64,000 nt of DNA from Bryobacterales bacterium (GTDB taxonomy: Bacteria; Acidobacteriota; Terriglobia; Bryobacterales; UBA6623). The DNA lies in NCBI GenBank assembly GCA_963422375.2, contig OY729428.2:832001-896000 (forward strand), in the 5' to 3' direction. Of this stretch, positions 34,095 through 44,695 are shown piece after piece. Within the stretch, counting starts at the first letter, position 1, and each line of letters starts with the position of its first letter. The position numbers and the translations under genes are program-made. The notes under the pieces are model-generated. The model searched no databases. It was not told the DNA's origin and was given only the letters and a program-made list of their open reading frames with translations.

Positions 34095-35375
34095 CTAGCC
34101 CGGGCGCTTGGCCGGCACCTTGTTCGGCACGCCTCCGGTCTTCGCGGGCGCCATTCCGCCCGGCGAGACTCGCCCGGCCTTTGGGGAGGCTCCGCCGCCC
34201 TGCCGGGGAGCCGCGGCACCGCCGCGCGGCCCGCCGAAGCCCGCATTGATCCGGTCCCCGTCCCTCAGCATGGTCGCCCCGCGGCCGACGATGCGCGTTC
34301 CCGCATCGAGGTTGGCGAGCACCTCGACCTGGTCCTCGCGCGACATGCCGGTCTCGATGACACGGAAGACAGGCCGCTGGGAGTCCGCCTCGACGATGTA
34401 CACCCCGGGCTGCTGCCCGCGATACACCAAGCCGTCGCGCGGGATGAGCGTGGCCTCACGCATGGAGCCGAGGTCAAGGGAAATCCTGGCGAACATCTCC
34501 GCCTTAAGCACCATTTCGCGGTTCACGATGTCGATCTCGATCACCGCGCTGCGGGTGGCGGCGTCCAGCACGGGCGCGATGCGGGCCACGCGCCCATCGA
34601 ACTCGCGGCCGGGAATGGCGTCCACGATCACCTTCGCGCGGTTGCCGACCGCGAGCTTCTCGATGCTACGCTCGGGCACGTTGCCCTGCGTGACCATCGT
34701 GCTCAGGTTGACGACCTGCAGGATGGAGTTGTTCGGAGCCACCAACGCGCCCGGGTCGACGTATCGAGCGGACACCACGCCGCCCATCGGCGCGTAAATC
34801 TTCGTCTGCTCCAAGCGGATGCGAAGCTCGCTGAGCTCGGCAAGGGACTGCTCGGCCTGCGCCTCGGCCAGTTCCAGCTGCGCCTCCATGACCTCGAGCG
34901 ACGTCTGCGCCTGCTGGTGCTCCTGAGGCGAGAGCAGATCCTCGTCGAACAGGAGGCTGGCCCGCTCCAGGTCGGCCTTCGCGTTGGCGAGCTCCGCCTT
35001 GCGCGCCGATATGTTGGCCCGGCTCACCGCGTAGGACGCTTCCGACCGCTTGACCTGCTGCTCGATCTCGTCGTCCTCGATCTGCGCCAGGAGGTCGCCC
35101 GCGCCCACCCTGTCGCCGACCAGAACGCGGATCTGCTCGATGCGACCGGTGCCCTTGGGATTCACGTCGACAATTTCTTTTGGCTTGAGTGATCCCGTGA
35201 GCAGCAGCTCCTCGCGGATCTCGCCCGTGTGGGCCTCGGTCAGGTCGACGTTGATGATGCGGCCCGCGGGCTTCTTCTTGGCCGGCGCAGCAGCCTGCTG
35301 GTTGGCCTCGAATACGCGCATCCCGACGAGCAATACGAGCGCCATGCCCAGCGCGACAAATATGATTTTTTTCAC
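34095..35375 (-). CDS. RND periplasmic adaptor (membrane fusion protein)
   Basis: N-terminal TM, GRIEQIRVLVGDRV, coiled hairpin, IYAPMGGVV, P.LD..TR; GTG 35375. Confidence 0.92.
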   Translation of the reverse strand: MKKIIFVALGMALVLLVGMRVFEANQQAAAPAKKKPAGRIINVDLTEAHTGEIREELLLTGSLKPKEIVDVNPKGTGRIEQIRVLVGDRVGAGDLLAQIEDDEIEQQVKRSEASYAVSRANISARKAELANAKADLERASLLFDEDLLSPQEHQQAQTSLEVMEAQLELAEAQAEQSLAELSELRIRLEQTKIYAPMGGVVSARYVDPGALVAPNNSILQVVNLSTMVTQGNVPERSIEKLAVGNRAKVIVDAIPGREFDGRVARIAPVLDAATRSAVIEIDIVNREMVLKAEMFARISLDLGSMREATLIPRDGLVYRGQQPGVYIVEADSQRPVFRVIETGMSREDQVEVLANLDAGTRIVGRGATMLRDGDRINAGFGGPRGGAAAPRQGGGASPKAGRVSPGGMAPAKTGGVPNKVPAKRPG

Positions 35376-35456
35376 GTAGATTCCCTTTCGCAATCCCGGC
35401 GATGCGCACCTAACCTTGCTTCACTAGGCGCGATTCGGGCGCGTCCGGTTACGCAT

Positions 35457-35954
35457 TCAGAACTCGATGCGATCCCCGATTCTCAGCCCCTGCGCATCCG
35501 CCTGCCCGCCAGCGAGCTCGAGAACGTAGACGGAGTTGACGTTGCCGCCGTACGCGGGGCAGTTGCCCGGATCGGCGTCGAGGCAGGGCGGGGCTTCGCG
35601 GACGATCTCGACGATCCGGCGGGCGCCGTCCATCCAGATCATGTCCAGCGGGATCCTGCAACGGTACATCCAGAAGCCGCGGGGGGCTGCCCGGTCCCCC
35701 ACGAAGAGCATGCCCCTGTCGGCCGCTAGGTGCGTGCGGTACATCAGCCCTTGCGCCTGCTGCGCGGGCGTCAGCGCCACCTCGGCCTGCACCACGCTCC
35801 CGCCGGGCAGGGTCACGGCCGTGGTGGGCAGGAGCGGGCCCGCGCCGGACTCGGGCCGGGGAGCGGCCCCGGCGCACGATCCGAGCAGGACCAGCAGCAG
35901 CGCGGCCGACGCGGCGCGGCCGGCTGGATGGCGCAGCGCTTGAAGGGGCGGCAT
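35457..35954 (-). CDS. DUF192-family protein (probable lipoprotein)
   Basis: AEVA.T..QGLMYR, GMLF, FWM, PLDMIW, YVLELAGG; LGSC lipobox. Confidence 0.9.
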   Translation of the reverse strand: MPPLQALRHPAGRAASAALLLVLLGSCAGAAPRPESGAGPLLPTTAVTLPGGSVVQAEVALTPAQQAQGLMYRTHLAADRGMLFVGDRAAPRGFWMYRCRIPLDMIWMDGARRIVEIVREAPPCLDADPGNCPAYGGNVNSVYVLELAGGQADAQGLRIGDRIEF

Positions 35955-35966
35955 GGCCGCTACGAC

Positions 35967-37994
35967 CTAGTAGCGGAGCAGGCGCTCGACGGCTACCCGC
36001 ACCGACGCCTCGGACGGCAGGACCTCGCGTTCGAGATTCACGGCGGACGGCACGAAGCAGTCCTGGGCCCCGACCCGGGCTACGGGTGCATCCAAGTGGT
36101 CGAAGCAGTGCTGCGCAATCTCCGCAGCCACCTCGGCTCCGAAGCCCATCGTCAGCGTGTCCTCGTGGGCCACGAGCGCACGATTGGTCCGTCGCACGCT
36201 TTCGAAGACAGCGTGCCGGTCCCACGGGACGATCGTGCGCAGGTCGAGCACCTCGACCGACGCCTCGCCATCCTCGGCCAGGGCCGCCGCCACGGCCTCG
36301 GCCTGATGCACCGTGTAGCCCCAGGTGACGACCGTCAGGTCCGTGCCGCTGCGACGCGTGCGCGCCTTGCCGAACGGCACGAGGTAGTTCTCGTCGGGCT
36401 CGGGCGAGCGGGCAGGCATGGCCCGGTAGAGGCCCTTGTGCTCGAGAAAGAGCACCGGATCCGGCATGCGGGCCGCCGTCTTGATCAGGCCCTTGGCGTC
36501 CTGGGCGCAACACGGGTACGCGACGTACCAGCCCGGCACGTTCGCGAAGAAGCCCTCGATGTTCGCCGAATGCCAGGGGCCGCCCTTGATGTACCCCCCG
36601 ACTGCGACCCTGCACACCATCGGGCAGCCCCACACGCCGGCGCTGCGCCAGCGCATCGGCGCGATCTCGTCGCGCATCTGCATGAAGGCGGGCCAGATGT
36701 AGTCGGCGAACTGGATCTCGACGACCGGCATGTAGCCGAGCGTGCCCATGCCGCCCGCGATGCCCAGGATCGAGGCCTCCGCGAGAGCGGAGTTCACGCA
36801 GCGCGCCTCGCCGAACTCGTCTGTGAGGCCCTTGGTCGCGCCGAACACGCCACCCTTGGGGTCCTGGATGTCCTCGCCCCACATCACGAGCTTGGGGTTC
36901 CGGCGCATCTCCTCGCGCAGGCCGTTGTTAATGGCCTGCACCATCGAGACCTTGGGCTGGACGAAGCGCGGCTCCGCCTCCTCGCGGACGGGCACGTCCT
37001 TGGAAAAGACGTGCTGCATAACGTCGAAGTTCTGCGGGCTGGGGTGGGAGTCGGCCTCCTCGGCGGCGCGGTCAACCTCCTCCTTGGTCCGGGCGCGGAG
37101 GTCGTCGACCTCCTGCTGGGTCAGGATGCCGGCGTCCAGCACGCGCCGCTCGGCATGCACCACAGGGTCCCGGCCGGCGACTTCGGCGATCTCTTCCCGG
37201 TCGCGGTACTTGCGCTGGTCGTCGGACGAGGAGTGGTTGTCCAAACGCACGACGTTGAACTCGATCAGGGCGGGCCCCTTGCCCGCGCGGATGTCCTCGA
37301 TCAGGCCCGGCACCAGCTGGTAGATTGCGTCGAAGGTCGACGTGCCGTCCAGGTTGAAGGCCGGCAGCCCGAAGCCTTCGGCTATCCGGTGGATCTTCGA
37401 CGCGGTCTGGTACTTCTGCGGCACGCTGATGGCGTAGCCGTTGTTCTGCACGACGAACAGCACCGGCAGATTCTCGCGCGTGGCCCAGTTCAGCGCCTCG
37501 AAGAATTCGCCCTCGCTCGTGGCCCCCTCTCCGGACGACGCATAGACGATCGCGTCGGAACCGTCGTAGAGCAGCGCCCTCGCCGCGCCGACGGCCGGTA
37601 GGTACTGCGTCCCGGTGCAGGCGCTCTGGGCCACGAGCCTGAGTTCCTTGGAGGACCACTGCTCGGGCATGTTCACGCCTTGGGAATTCGGATCGCCGTC
37701 CCGGTTCAGCAGGCCGAGGAAGATGTCCTTGTAGGGCATGCCGAGGGTGACGGCTACGCTCTTCTCCCGGTAGTAGGTGTAGAACCAGTCGTGCCCCGGG
37801 CGCATCATCATCGGCACTCCGACCTGTACCTGCTCGTGGCCGCGTGTCGACGCGTAGAAGGCGAGCTTGCCCTGCTTCACGAAGACCTTGGAGCGCTCTT
37901 CGACGAAGTAGCACTGCAGCATCTTCTCGTAGAGCTGCCTGAGGACCGCGTCGGGAACGATCCGCTCGGTCACATCCATCACGTGGGTTGCCAT
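35967..37994 (-). CDS. 2-oxoacid dehydrogenase E1, fused alpha/beta (likely branched-chain)
   Basis: TPP motif GEGATSEGEFFEALN, NNGYAIS, HSSSDD, GGVFGAT, EIQFADYI, WHS, LEHKGLY. Confidence 0.93.
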   Translation of the reverse strand: MATHVMDVTERIVPDAVLRQLYEKMLQCYFVEERSKVFVKQGKLAFYASTRGHEQVQVGVPMMMRPGHDWFYTYYREKSVAVTLGMPYKDIFLGLLNRDGDPNSQGVNMPEQWSSKELRLVAQSACTGTQYLPAVGAARALLYDGSDAIVYASSGEGATSEGEFFEALNWATRENLPVLFVVQNNGYAISVPQKYQTASKIHRIAEGFGLPAFNLDGTSTFDAIYQLVPGLIEDIRAGKGPALIEFNVVRLDNHSSSDDQRKYRDREEIAEVAGRDPVVHAERRVLDAGILTQQEVDDLRARTKEEVDRAAEEADSHPSPQNFDVMQHVFSKDVPVREEAEPRFVQPKVSMVQAINNGLREEMRRNPKLVMWGEDIQDPKGGVFGATKGLTDEFGEARCVNSALAEASILGIAGGMGTLGYMPVVEIQFADYIWPAFMQMRDEIAPMRWRSAGVWGCPMVCRVAVGGYIKGGPWHSANIEGFFANVPGWYVAYPCCAQDAKGLIKTAARMPDPVLFLEHKGLYRAMPARSPEPDENYLVPFGKARTRRSGTDLTVVTWGYTVHQAEAVAAALAEDGEASVEVLDLRTIVPWDRHAVFESVRRTNRALVAHEDTLTMGFGAEVAAEIAQHCFDHLDAPVARVGAQDCFVPSAVNLEREVLPSEASVRVAVERLLRY

Positions 37995-38485
37995 GGTCAA
38001 TCGAGGTCCTCGAGCCCCGCAGGTCGCTGCGGCAGAGCGAACGGAAGAGTCGGCGTGCCAGCGAGCAAGCGGCGGCACCGTCCAGCGAGACTGGCAAGCG
38101 GTCGCTCCCGAGCCCATTTCAGAATCTACGATTATACGTGACCGGCATTCTCCGACGGGCGGGCGCGGGCCTCGGCGGGCAGGCGGCCGGGCCTAGTCTC
38201 TCGGCACGGCGGGCGACGTGACGGGAGTCCTCCGTTCCGGCGACACACACCCGTCACACGCCCCGCGACCACGGGCTGCTGGCTCGATGCTGCGCTAACC
38301 CGCCGGGCGCCGCGAGAGGTCGATCTGGCCGAGGCCCCGCCAGACCAAGCAGCGCTGCCGCCGTTCGCCCCTTGGGAATGGCGTGCTCCGGGTCAACCTC
38401 GGTCCGAGGCCGCCAGTCCGCGCTCTCGACCCTCGGGAAATCCTGCCACAATCGACTGCTACGATACGAGCAGCGGACGCGCTGG

Positions 38486-38963
38486 ATGGATGATCGCAAG
38501 GACAGGACGGAAGACTGGGAGAGGCGCGAGTCGATATGGAGCGTCTCGTCCAGTTGGAGAAACCTGTATTGCAAGACATTCTACTTGCTGAGTTGTCGCG
38601 GGTACCGTTGCAAACGTCTATCGTCACGTATCGCGCTGGGACGGATAGGACCCCGTCGGATTGCTCAATGCGATCTGCAGGGATGTGGCTACGCTGTCCG
38701 CCGCGTTCGCTGTATTGAGCTTGGTCTACACGGAGGTGGTGCAAATGCTGGCAGAATCCTACAAGCGGCGTCGGTACGCTCGCGGTCTCGCCGAGGGACG
38801 CGCCGAAGGACGTGCCGAGGGACGCGCCGAAGGACTAGACGAAGGACTGGACGAGGCCAACAGGCGCTGGGCTGACTGGAACGTCCTGCGCGCGGAGGCC
38901 GCTCGGCACAACGAACCCGAGCCACCTCCGCCTTACCCACCCCGGCCGTCGGGTCCGCGCTGA
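38486..38963 (+). pseudogene. 2-TM protein with (AEGR)n C-terminus, disrupted; internal ORF 38745-38963 intact
   Basis: MDDRK..RESIWSV..; frameshift near 38593, TAG near 38646, TM, then MLAESYKRRRY..(AEGR)..WADWN..EPEPPPP; GGAGG at 38732-38736. Confidence 0.6.
38790..38856 (+). repeat. 12-bp tandem repeat (GCCGARGGACGY-type, about 5 copies) encoding AEGR/DEGL
   Basis: gccgagggacgc gccgaaggacgt gccgagggacgc gccgaaggacta gacgaaggactg. Confidence 0.85.
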
Positions 38964-39009
38964 GACCGCGAGCATTCGGCCTGCCGACTGCGTCCCGCAG
39001 GGACCGCGG

Positions 39010-40656
39010 GTGCAAGTGGTCGCAGGCACAGGCTCCCAAGGCGTTCCGTTCCGCAATCCGCGCCGTCGCCCCGTCGCCGTCCGCTTCGATCACGAGCGCA
39101 GCAGCTCCGACGGCGGCGCTGTCCCGGTCGAGGCCGCCGACCGCGCGCTCGGCCTCACCGCGGCGTTCGCCGACTGCCTGCGCGACCGGCGCCAGCCCTC
39201 CGAGGTGCTCCACTCCCTCGCGGACATGCTCCGCCAGCGCGTCTACGGCCTCGCCTGCGGCTGCGAGGACTGCAACGACGCCGGGCGCCTCGGCGGCGAC
39301 CCCGTGTTCAAGCTGCCGCTCGGGCGCGACCCCTGGCAGGGTCGCAACCTGCCGTCCCGGGTCACCGCGGACGCGCCGAGCGCGCTGTCCGCGGTTCTCG
39401 CCCGCTGCGTCGTCCGGCGCCGGCGCGAGCGGCGCCCCGAGACGAGCATCGTCGAGCTGGACTTCGACCCGCCGCACGGGGACTGGCAGCTGGCGCTGTT
39501 CAACGGCTCCTGCGACACGCATCGCTACTTGCCGCTGGTGGGCATGGTGCGCTTCGACGACGAGCGCGAGCAGCATCTCGTGGCGGCGCTGCCGCGCTCG
39601 AGCACGGCCGCGGAGGGCTTGCCGCCGCTGCTGCGGGAATTCTTCCCGCGGGCGACGCTGCGCCTGCGCTTGGACGCGGGCTTCCAAGGGGACGAGCTGC
39701 TGGCTCATTGCGAGCGCGAGGGCCTGGAGTACGTCGTGTGCGTGCAGAGGAACGCGGTGCCGAAGCGGCGCGCGGCCCCGTTGCGGGCCGCCGTCGAGGC
39801 CCGGCGCGCGCTCGGCGGCACCCCGGGCACGGACCCCGGTGGGCAGCGGCGGCCGCGGGGGGACCCGCCGTCCCGCCCGGAGCGGTTGCGGGCGAAGTAC
39901 CCGCGGCTCGGAGCCGGCACGCAAGGGGGCCGGCCGGGCGCGGAGGACGCGGGCAGCGGCGCGGGCGCGCTGTACGGGCAGTTCGCCTACCGGGCGGGCC
40001 GCTGGTCGCGGGCGCGGCGGGTGATCGTCAAGGCGGACGCGAGCGAGTTTCCCGGGCGCGCCCCGCAGTGGCACCCGCGCTACGCGGTGACCAACGCGGG
40101 CGGCAGCCCGCAGCGCCTCTACGAGCGGATCCACTGCCTGCGGGGGGACGTGGAGAACCGCGTCAAGGAGCTCGAGCACGGGATGCGGATGGACCGCGCC
40201 AGCTGCTCGAGCTTCGCGGCGAACCGGTTCCGCGCGCCGCTCGCGGCGGCGGCCTACGTGATCATGCAGGAACTGCGCCGGCAGGCACGGGACACGCCGC
40301 TGCGGAAGCGCCGGGTGGACGGGTTGCGCCTCGGCCTGCCGAAGCCGGGGGCGCGGGTCGCGGCCACGGCCAAGCGGATCGTGCTGCGAGTGCCGCGGAC
40401 GGCACCGTTCCGGGACGCCTGGGCGGTGGTGGCGCGGGGCTTGGGGGCCGTGCCGATATGACGCCGGGCCGGGTCAATCCGGAGAGTGTCGGCAGGCGCC
40501 GGGCGCCGCCGGGGGAAACCGTGCCTGCCCCCGGGCGGGCACCGCCGCCGAGGTGCCCGAGGCCCGCACGTAGGCGTTTTGGAAGCAGATTCGGCGGCCA
40601 TCGAGGGCCCAGACACTGGATCCGTGAGCCTGCGAAGCATTCATGAATCATACGGG
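39010..40656 (+). mobile_element. IS1380-family element, degenerate transposase (ORF 39010-40461), right end at 40656
   Basis: SSDGG, D.R....HSL.DMLRQRVYG.ACG.EDCND, DP.FK, LRLDAGF, RRVIVKA, RGDVENRVKE, SC.SF.AN; terminal TTCATGAATCATACGGG followed by CTAG; left end not found. Confidence 0.88.
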
Positions 40657-41391
40657 CTAGGAGTCTTGCAGTGTCATGCATTTCTGCGGTGTCGAATCCG
40701 ACCGGCCCCTGGGAACAGTTCGAGCGGTATCAACTCACCACCGGGTCAACGCTCGCTATCACCTCGTGGCGACCCTCCCCGGGCTCCATCGACGCGCTAG
40801 ATGTCAGGGTGGCGGGATGGTCCAGGATCGCTCGCACGCGCTGCACCAGCAGCCCGTCCGGCGCTGTTGCCCGCCCACGATTGCCGCAGGCAATGCGGTC
40901 GAATCAGGCTTGGAGTCCACTGCCCGTTGGCGTTCCGATCCGAATCGGACGCTCGGATTCGCCTTGGCGACTCCCCACGCAATCGAAGACCATGCCACTC
41001 CATCGCGATCAAGAACGACCCAGCGTGAGCGGCCCACGACCGGATCATGCCTTGGAGGAAGCGTAGCGCGGTCGCAATCCGAGAACAGACGACAACAGGA
41101 TCATAACCGGGTGAATCTTTGGCAAACGATATCCGGTCGGCCGAGACGGTGCCGCTGTTCCTGATTCCGGATCATCCGCCGCAAGCTCCGGCTCTGCTGT
41201 TCCGTGCCACTCTCAACGACATCCTCAATACGACCCGCTCCGCCCCCTTACTTGGCCGGGACCCTGCCGCAGGGTAGCGCGACCGATTCCGCAGACTGAA
41301 CCGAAGCGGCTTCGATTCGGTCCTTTCCTGGCGCACCCCAACCGAAGCCAAAGCCGCGTCGTCGATCCACCGCATGGAGGGCGGAATAGAG

Positions 41392-43086
41392 TCATTCTTC
41401 AACCGGCAGGCTCAGCTGCTGGCGCGGATAGATCAGTCTGGGCCTGTAGGCAAGCAAGCGCTTCCAAGCGCCACGCGCCCTCTCGCCGTCACCAGCAGCG
41501 TGGAAGACGCGGGCCAGCATGTGGTAGCTCGATTCAAGAAAAGGTTCTTGTTGCATGGCGCGCTTGAACTCCCCGGTGGATTTCCTCAAGGCGCGTCGCT
41601 CCCACCATGCCGCCCCGAGCGCGTTGCGATAGAGGACGTTGTCGGGGGCAATCTGGACGGCGCGCTCGAGAACACGCAGTCCCTCTTCCAACTTCCCCGA
41701 CACAATGAGCCCCGTGCCTAGGGCCTCCAAAAGGCTCGCATCACTCTCGTCAGTCAAGGCGGCTCGCTCAAGCTGGGCCACGGACTCACCGATGTCGCTC
41801 GCAGCCATACCTCGCTGGCTGAGTCGGATCTTGGCGATGCCCAGATTGCGAAGGCCGAGCGGGCCCTCGGTTTGCTGCCATGGCACGAGGAAGCCAGGCT
41901 CGACAGGATTCGGATCCGGAATCGGTCGCCGGCTGATGCGGTGGTCCGTGAAGGCGCTGTGCCCGCTGTCGTGAGCTCGCCTCTTGGGCATATGGCACGA
42001 TACGCAATCGCTCGCGAGGGCCTCGTGGTCGTCTGTCAGCTTGCCGGCGTGACAAGACAAGCAGCGTTGGCTCACTTCGACCGCCGGGTGTTGCGGCACC
42101 GAGTGCGCGTCATGACAGGTTCCGCACCACAGATCCGGCCCGCTTTGCTGTGAGCACCGACTCAGAGCTAGCTGCTCGACATGGCTCACGACTTGAAACC
42201 GACGCTGGTCGTCTCCTCCCTCAAAGCCGCCCACGAAGACCGACCAGTACTCTTCCAGCCGTCTGCCCGGCACGAACGAACCGAAGGTCTCACCGGGATT
42301 CAAGACTCGGACAAGTCCCGAGAGGTGGCACTGCTCGCAGACACTGTCCCGTTCTCGAGGCGCGGCCCTGGCCGGGTTGAAAACCGTCGAGGCCTCCGGG
42401 GATGCCAAGTGCTCCTCCGGATCACCATGGCAGCGACCGCACGAAATCGCCTCGAGGCCGAGCGCGGAATCTTCGTAGCGGTTCACTGACCCAACGACAT
42501 GCCGGGGCCGGTCAGCATGGCACCAAAGGCAATCCGCCGTGGCGGGCCGCGCGAAGTCGGGATCGGCGTACCGCTCCATGCCAGGGGCCATGCCCCATGT
42601 CCCGAGTTCGGTGTAGTGGGCAATCGGAGACTGGAAGATCGCATCGCCCACGCGGATCAGATAGCCGAGTGCAGCATTGCCCGACCCGATCACGTAGTCG
42701 ATCAAGTAGGTGGCTTCGAAGCCGCCTCGCTGGATGCGATGCACCGTGCCACGATCAGTCTGATCGACCCGGAACGTGGTTCCCGAGTGGCCGTGGAAAT
42801 AGACGCCGGACGGGTGGGCCGAGCTCGGAAGGGCGATCGACCTACCCATGCCCGTGCGAAGGAAGCCGCTCACCTGCTGCGGGTGGCAGGGCCGGCAGGC
42901 CTCAGACGCACGCAACGGCAGGGCGGCTGACAGGACCCCCGAGACGATGATCGCGGTCGCCGCCAACTTCCAGGCCCGTGTCGGTCGCAGCCTGCGCGGC
43001 TCGCCTCCCGAGTCGCACGTGACTTCATGCGGGCGTTCGGAACGGTGGCGGTCAATGGCGGAACCGTTCGGTGAATCCGGCATCAT
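41392..43086 (-). CDS. Multiheme c-type cytochrome with C-terminal TPR repeats
   Basis: Seven CxxCH (CRPCH, CLWCH, CGRCH, CEQCH, CGTCH, CLSCH, CVSCH), FTDHRI, helical TPR tail; start uncertain. Confidence 0.88.
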   Translation of the reverse strand: MMPDSPNGSAIDRHRSERPHEVTCDSGGEPRRLRPTRAWKLAATAIIVSGVLSAALPLRASEACRPCHPQQVSGFLRTGMGRSIALPSSAHPSGVYFHGHSGTTFRVDQTDRGTVHRIQRGGFEATYLIDYVIGSGNAALGYLIRVGDAIFQSPIAHYTELGTWGMAPGMERYADPDFARPATADCLWCHADRPRHVVGSVNRYEDSALGLEAISCGRCHGDPEEHLASPEASTVFNPARAAPRERDSVCEQCHLSGLVRVLNPGETFGSFVPGRRLEEYWSVFVGGFEGGDDQRRFQVVSHVEQLALSRCSQQSGPDLWCGTCHDAHSVPQHPAVEVSQRCLSCHAGKLTDDHEALASDCVSCHMPKRRAHDSGHSAFTDHRISRRPIPDPNPVEPGFLVPWQQTEGPLGLRNLGIAKIRLSQRGMAASDIGESVAQLERAALTDESDASLLEALGTGLIVSGKLEEGLRVLERAVQIAPDNVLYRNALGAAWWERRALRKSTGEFKRAMQQEPFLESSYHMLARVFHAAGDGERARGAWKRLLAYRPRLIYPRQQLSLPVEE

Positions 43087-43190
43087 TCCCTCGCGGCCCG
43101 GTCCAAATTCATTCTCCGTCCTAGCTCTATTGAAGCCTCTGGTTGCTGACCATCTTGAGACTGCTCCCATCGAGGCTGGCACCAGGCCTC

Positions 43191-44673
43191 CAGCAATTGC
43201 AACTGGCCGGTTACAGGATGATAGGCGGGGAGGGGCGACTACCGGCCAAGTGAACGGCCGCCCTTCAACAGGGTGTCGGCTCGGCCAGCATGCGGAATTC
43301 CAAGCACCCCTCCCCGAGCACCGTGACCGCGTTGAGCCCGAAGGTGGCGAGATGGCCCAGCGGCGTTCCCTAGCTCGGCAACCGCAGCCCCTCCGTCCCG
43401 CCCCTCGCGGGGGCCTTGGCCTAGGCCGCCTCCAACACCGTAGCGCGCTCTACCGCCGCCGTGCGGTCTGCGTCATCGCACAGCTGCATTGCCAGTTTCG
43501 TCGGCCGGTGCAACTTGCTCGACGGCCGCGACCCAGCCACGTTCGACCCGCTAGTCCGGCTGTGCCTGCAAACCGTGGCCGCGCAAGGCGCTCTCGAGCC
43601 CTTCCAGCGGCTCGAGAGCGCCTGCTCGTGGCTTTGGACGGCGTCCGGTTCCACCGCTCCGACGCGGTGCATTGCTCGCAGTGCTCGGTGCGGCACATCG
43701 GCAACGAGCGCCGATCGCAATGCTTCCTCACCGCGGTGGCCGACGGCCACGGGACCGTCCTACCGCCGATGCCCGCGTTCGTGCGCCCACAGCAGGACGC
43801 GGCCGCGACACGCGCCGACATGAGCGAGGACGAGCGCAACGCCGCCAAGCGCTGGATCGACGCTCACGACGACTGGCTGCAGACCTGCCGCCCAGTCCTG
43901 CCGAGCGACGACCTGTACTGCTGCCAGCCGGTCTGCGAGGCCGCTGGCATGGACTAGATCCTAGTATGCGAGCCCGGATCCTACAAGCGCTTGTACGAGG
44001 TTCTGGAGAGCCGGCAGGCTCGCAGCGCAGTGCAGTTGGCCGACCGGCCGACTGCCGCGGCGCGGGAAGGGCAAGCGGTCCGAGCGACACCGCTTCCGCC
44101 GGGCGGACGAGGTGCCCTTGCGCCAGGGCCGCGACGCCCGGCAGGGCACTTGGATCGAGTACGCCGTGGACAGTGGCGGCAAGCGCACCCGCACCAGCTT
44201 CCTGTTAACCAGGCTCGAGGTCACCGTGGACCACGCGGAGCGGACCGCTGGGGCCGGACGGGCGCGCTGGAAGATCGAGAACGAGGGCTTCAACTGCCTA
44301 GCCGGGACGGCTGCGAATTCAAGCGCAACTTCGGGCACGGCAAGGCCGCGCCGCCCAGCGTGCTGGCCGTGCCGAACCTGTTCGCCCTCGCGCTCCATGC
44401 CGTGCTGCGGTGCGTCTGCTCGCTGTGGCGGCAGTGCCAGCGCAAGCCGGTCACGCGCCACGAGTTGTTCGAGGAGCTAAAGGTCGCGCTGCGCTGGTTC
44501 CGCTTCCCGGACTGGCTGGCGGCGGTGCGCGAGGGACGTGCGCCGCCGGGCTGCCAGCCGTCCGACGCTCCCGCGGGGCGGCCTCAGTAGCGCGACCTCT
44601 CGGCCAAGTTCGTCATCTCATTGTCCCAAGCGACGATCACGCGCCACCTTGATGGCCGAATTTGGAATCGCTC
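43191..44673 (+). mobile_element. ISNCY-family transposase pseudogene with imperfect terminal IRs
   Basis: LLVALDG..F.S..VHC.QC, E.NAAKRW, DDLYC.QP.C, GRARWKIENEGFN, FKRNFGHGK spread across several frames; ends CAGCAATTGCAA / TTTGGAATCGCTC. Confidence 0.85.
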
Positions 44674-44695
44674 CGTCGAAGCCGTCTCGCGCAGG

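Noticed and set aside
38790..38856. Tandem repeats as a CRISPR array
   Set aside because: 12-bp coding repeats without spacers; no repeat-spacer array or cas gene in the window.
40680..41390. Short ORFs between IS1380 and the TPR cytochrome
   Set aside because: No recognisable motif or structure; left unannotated.
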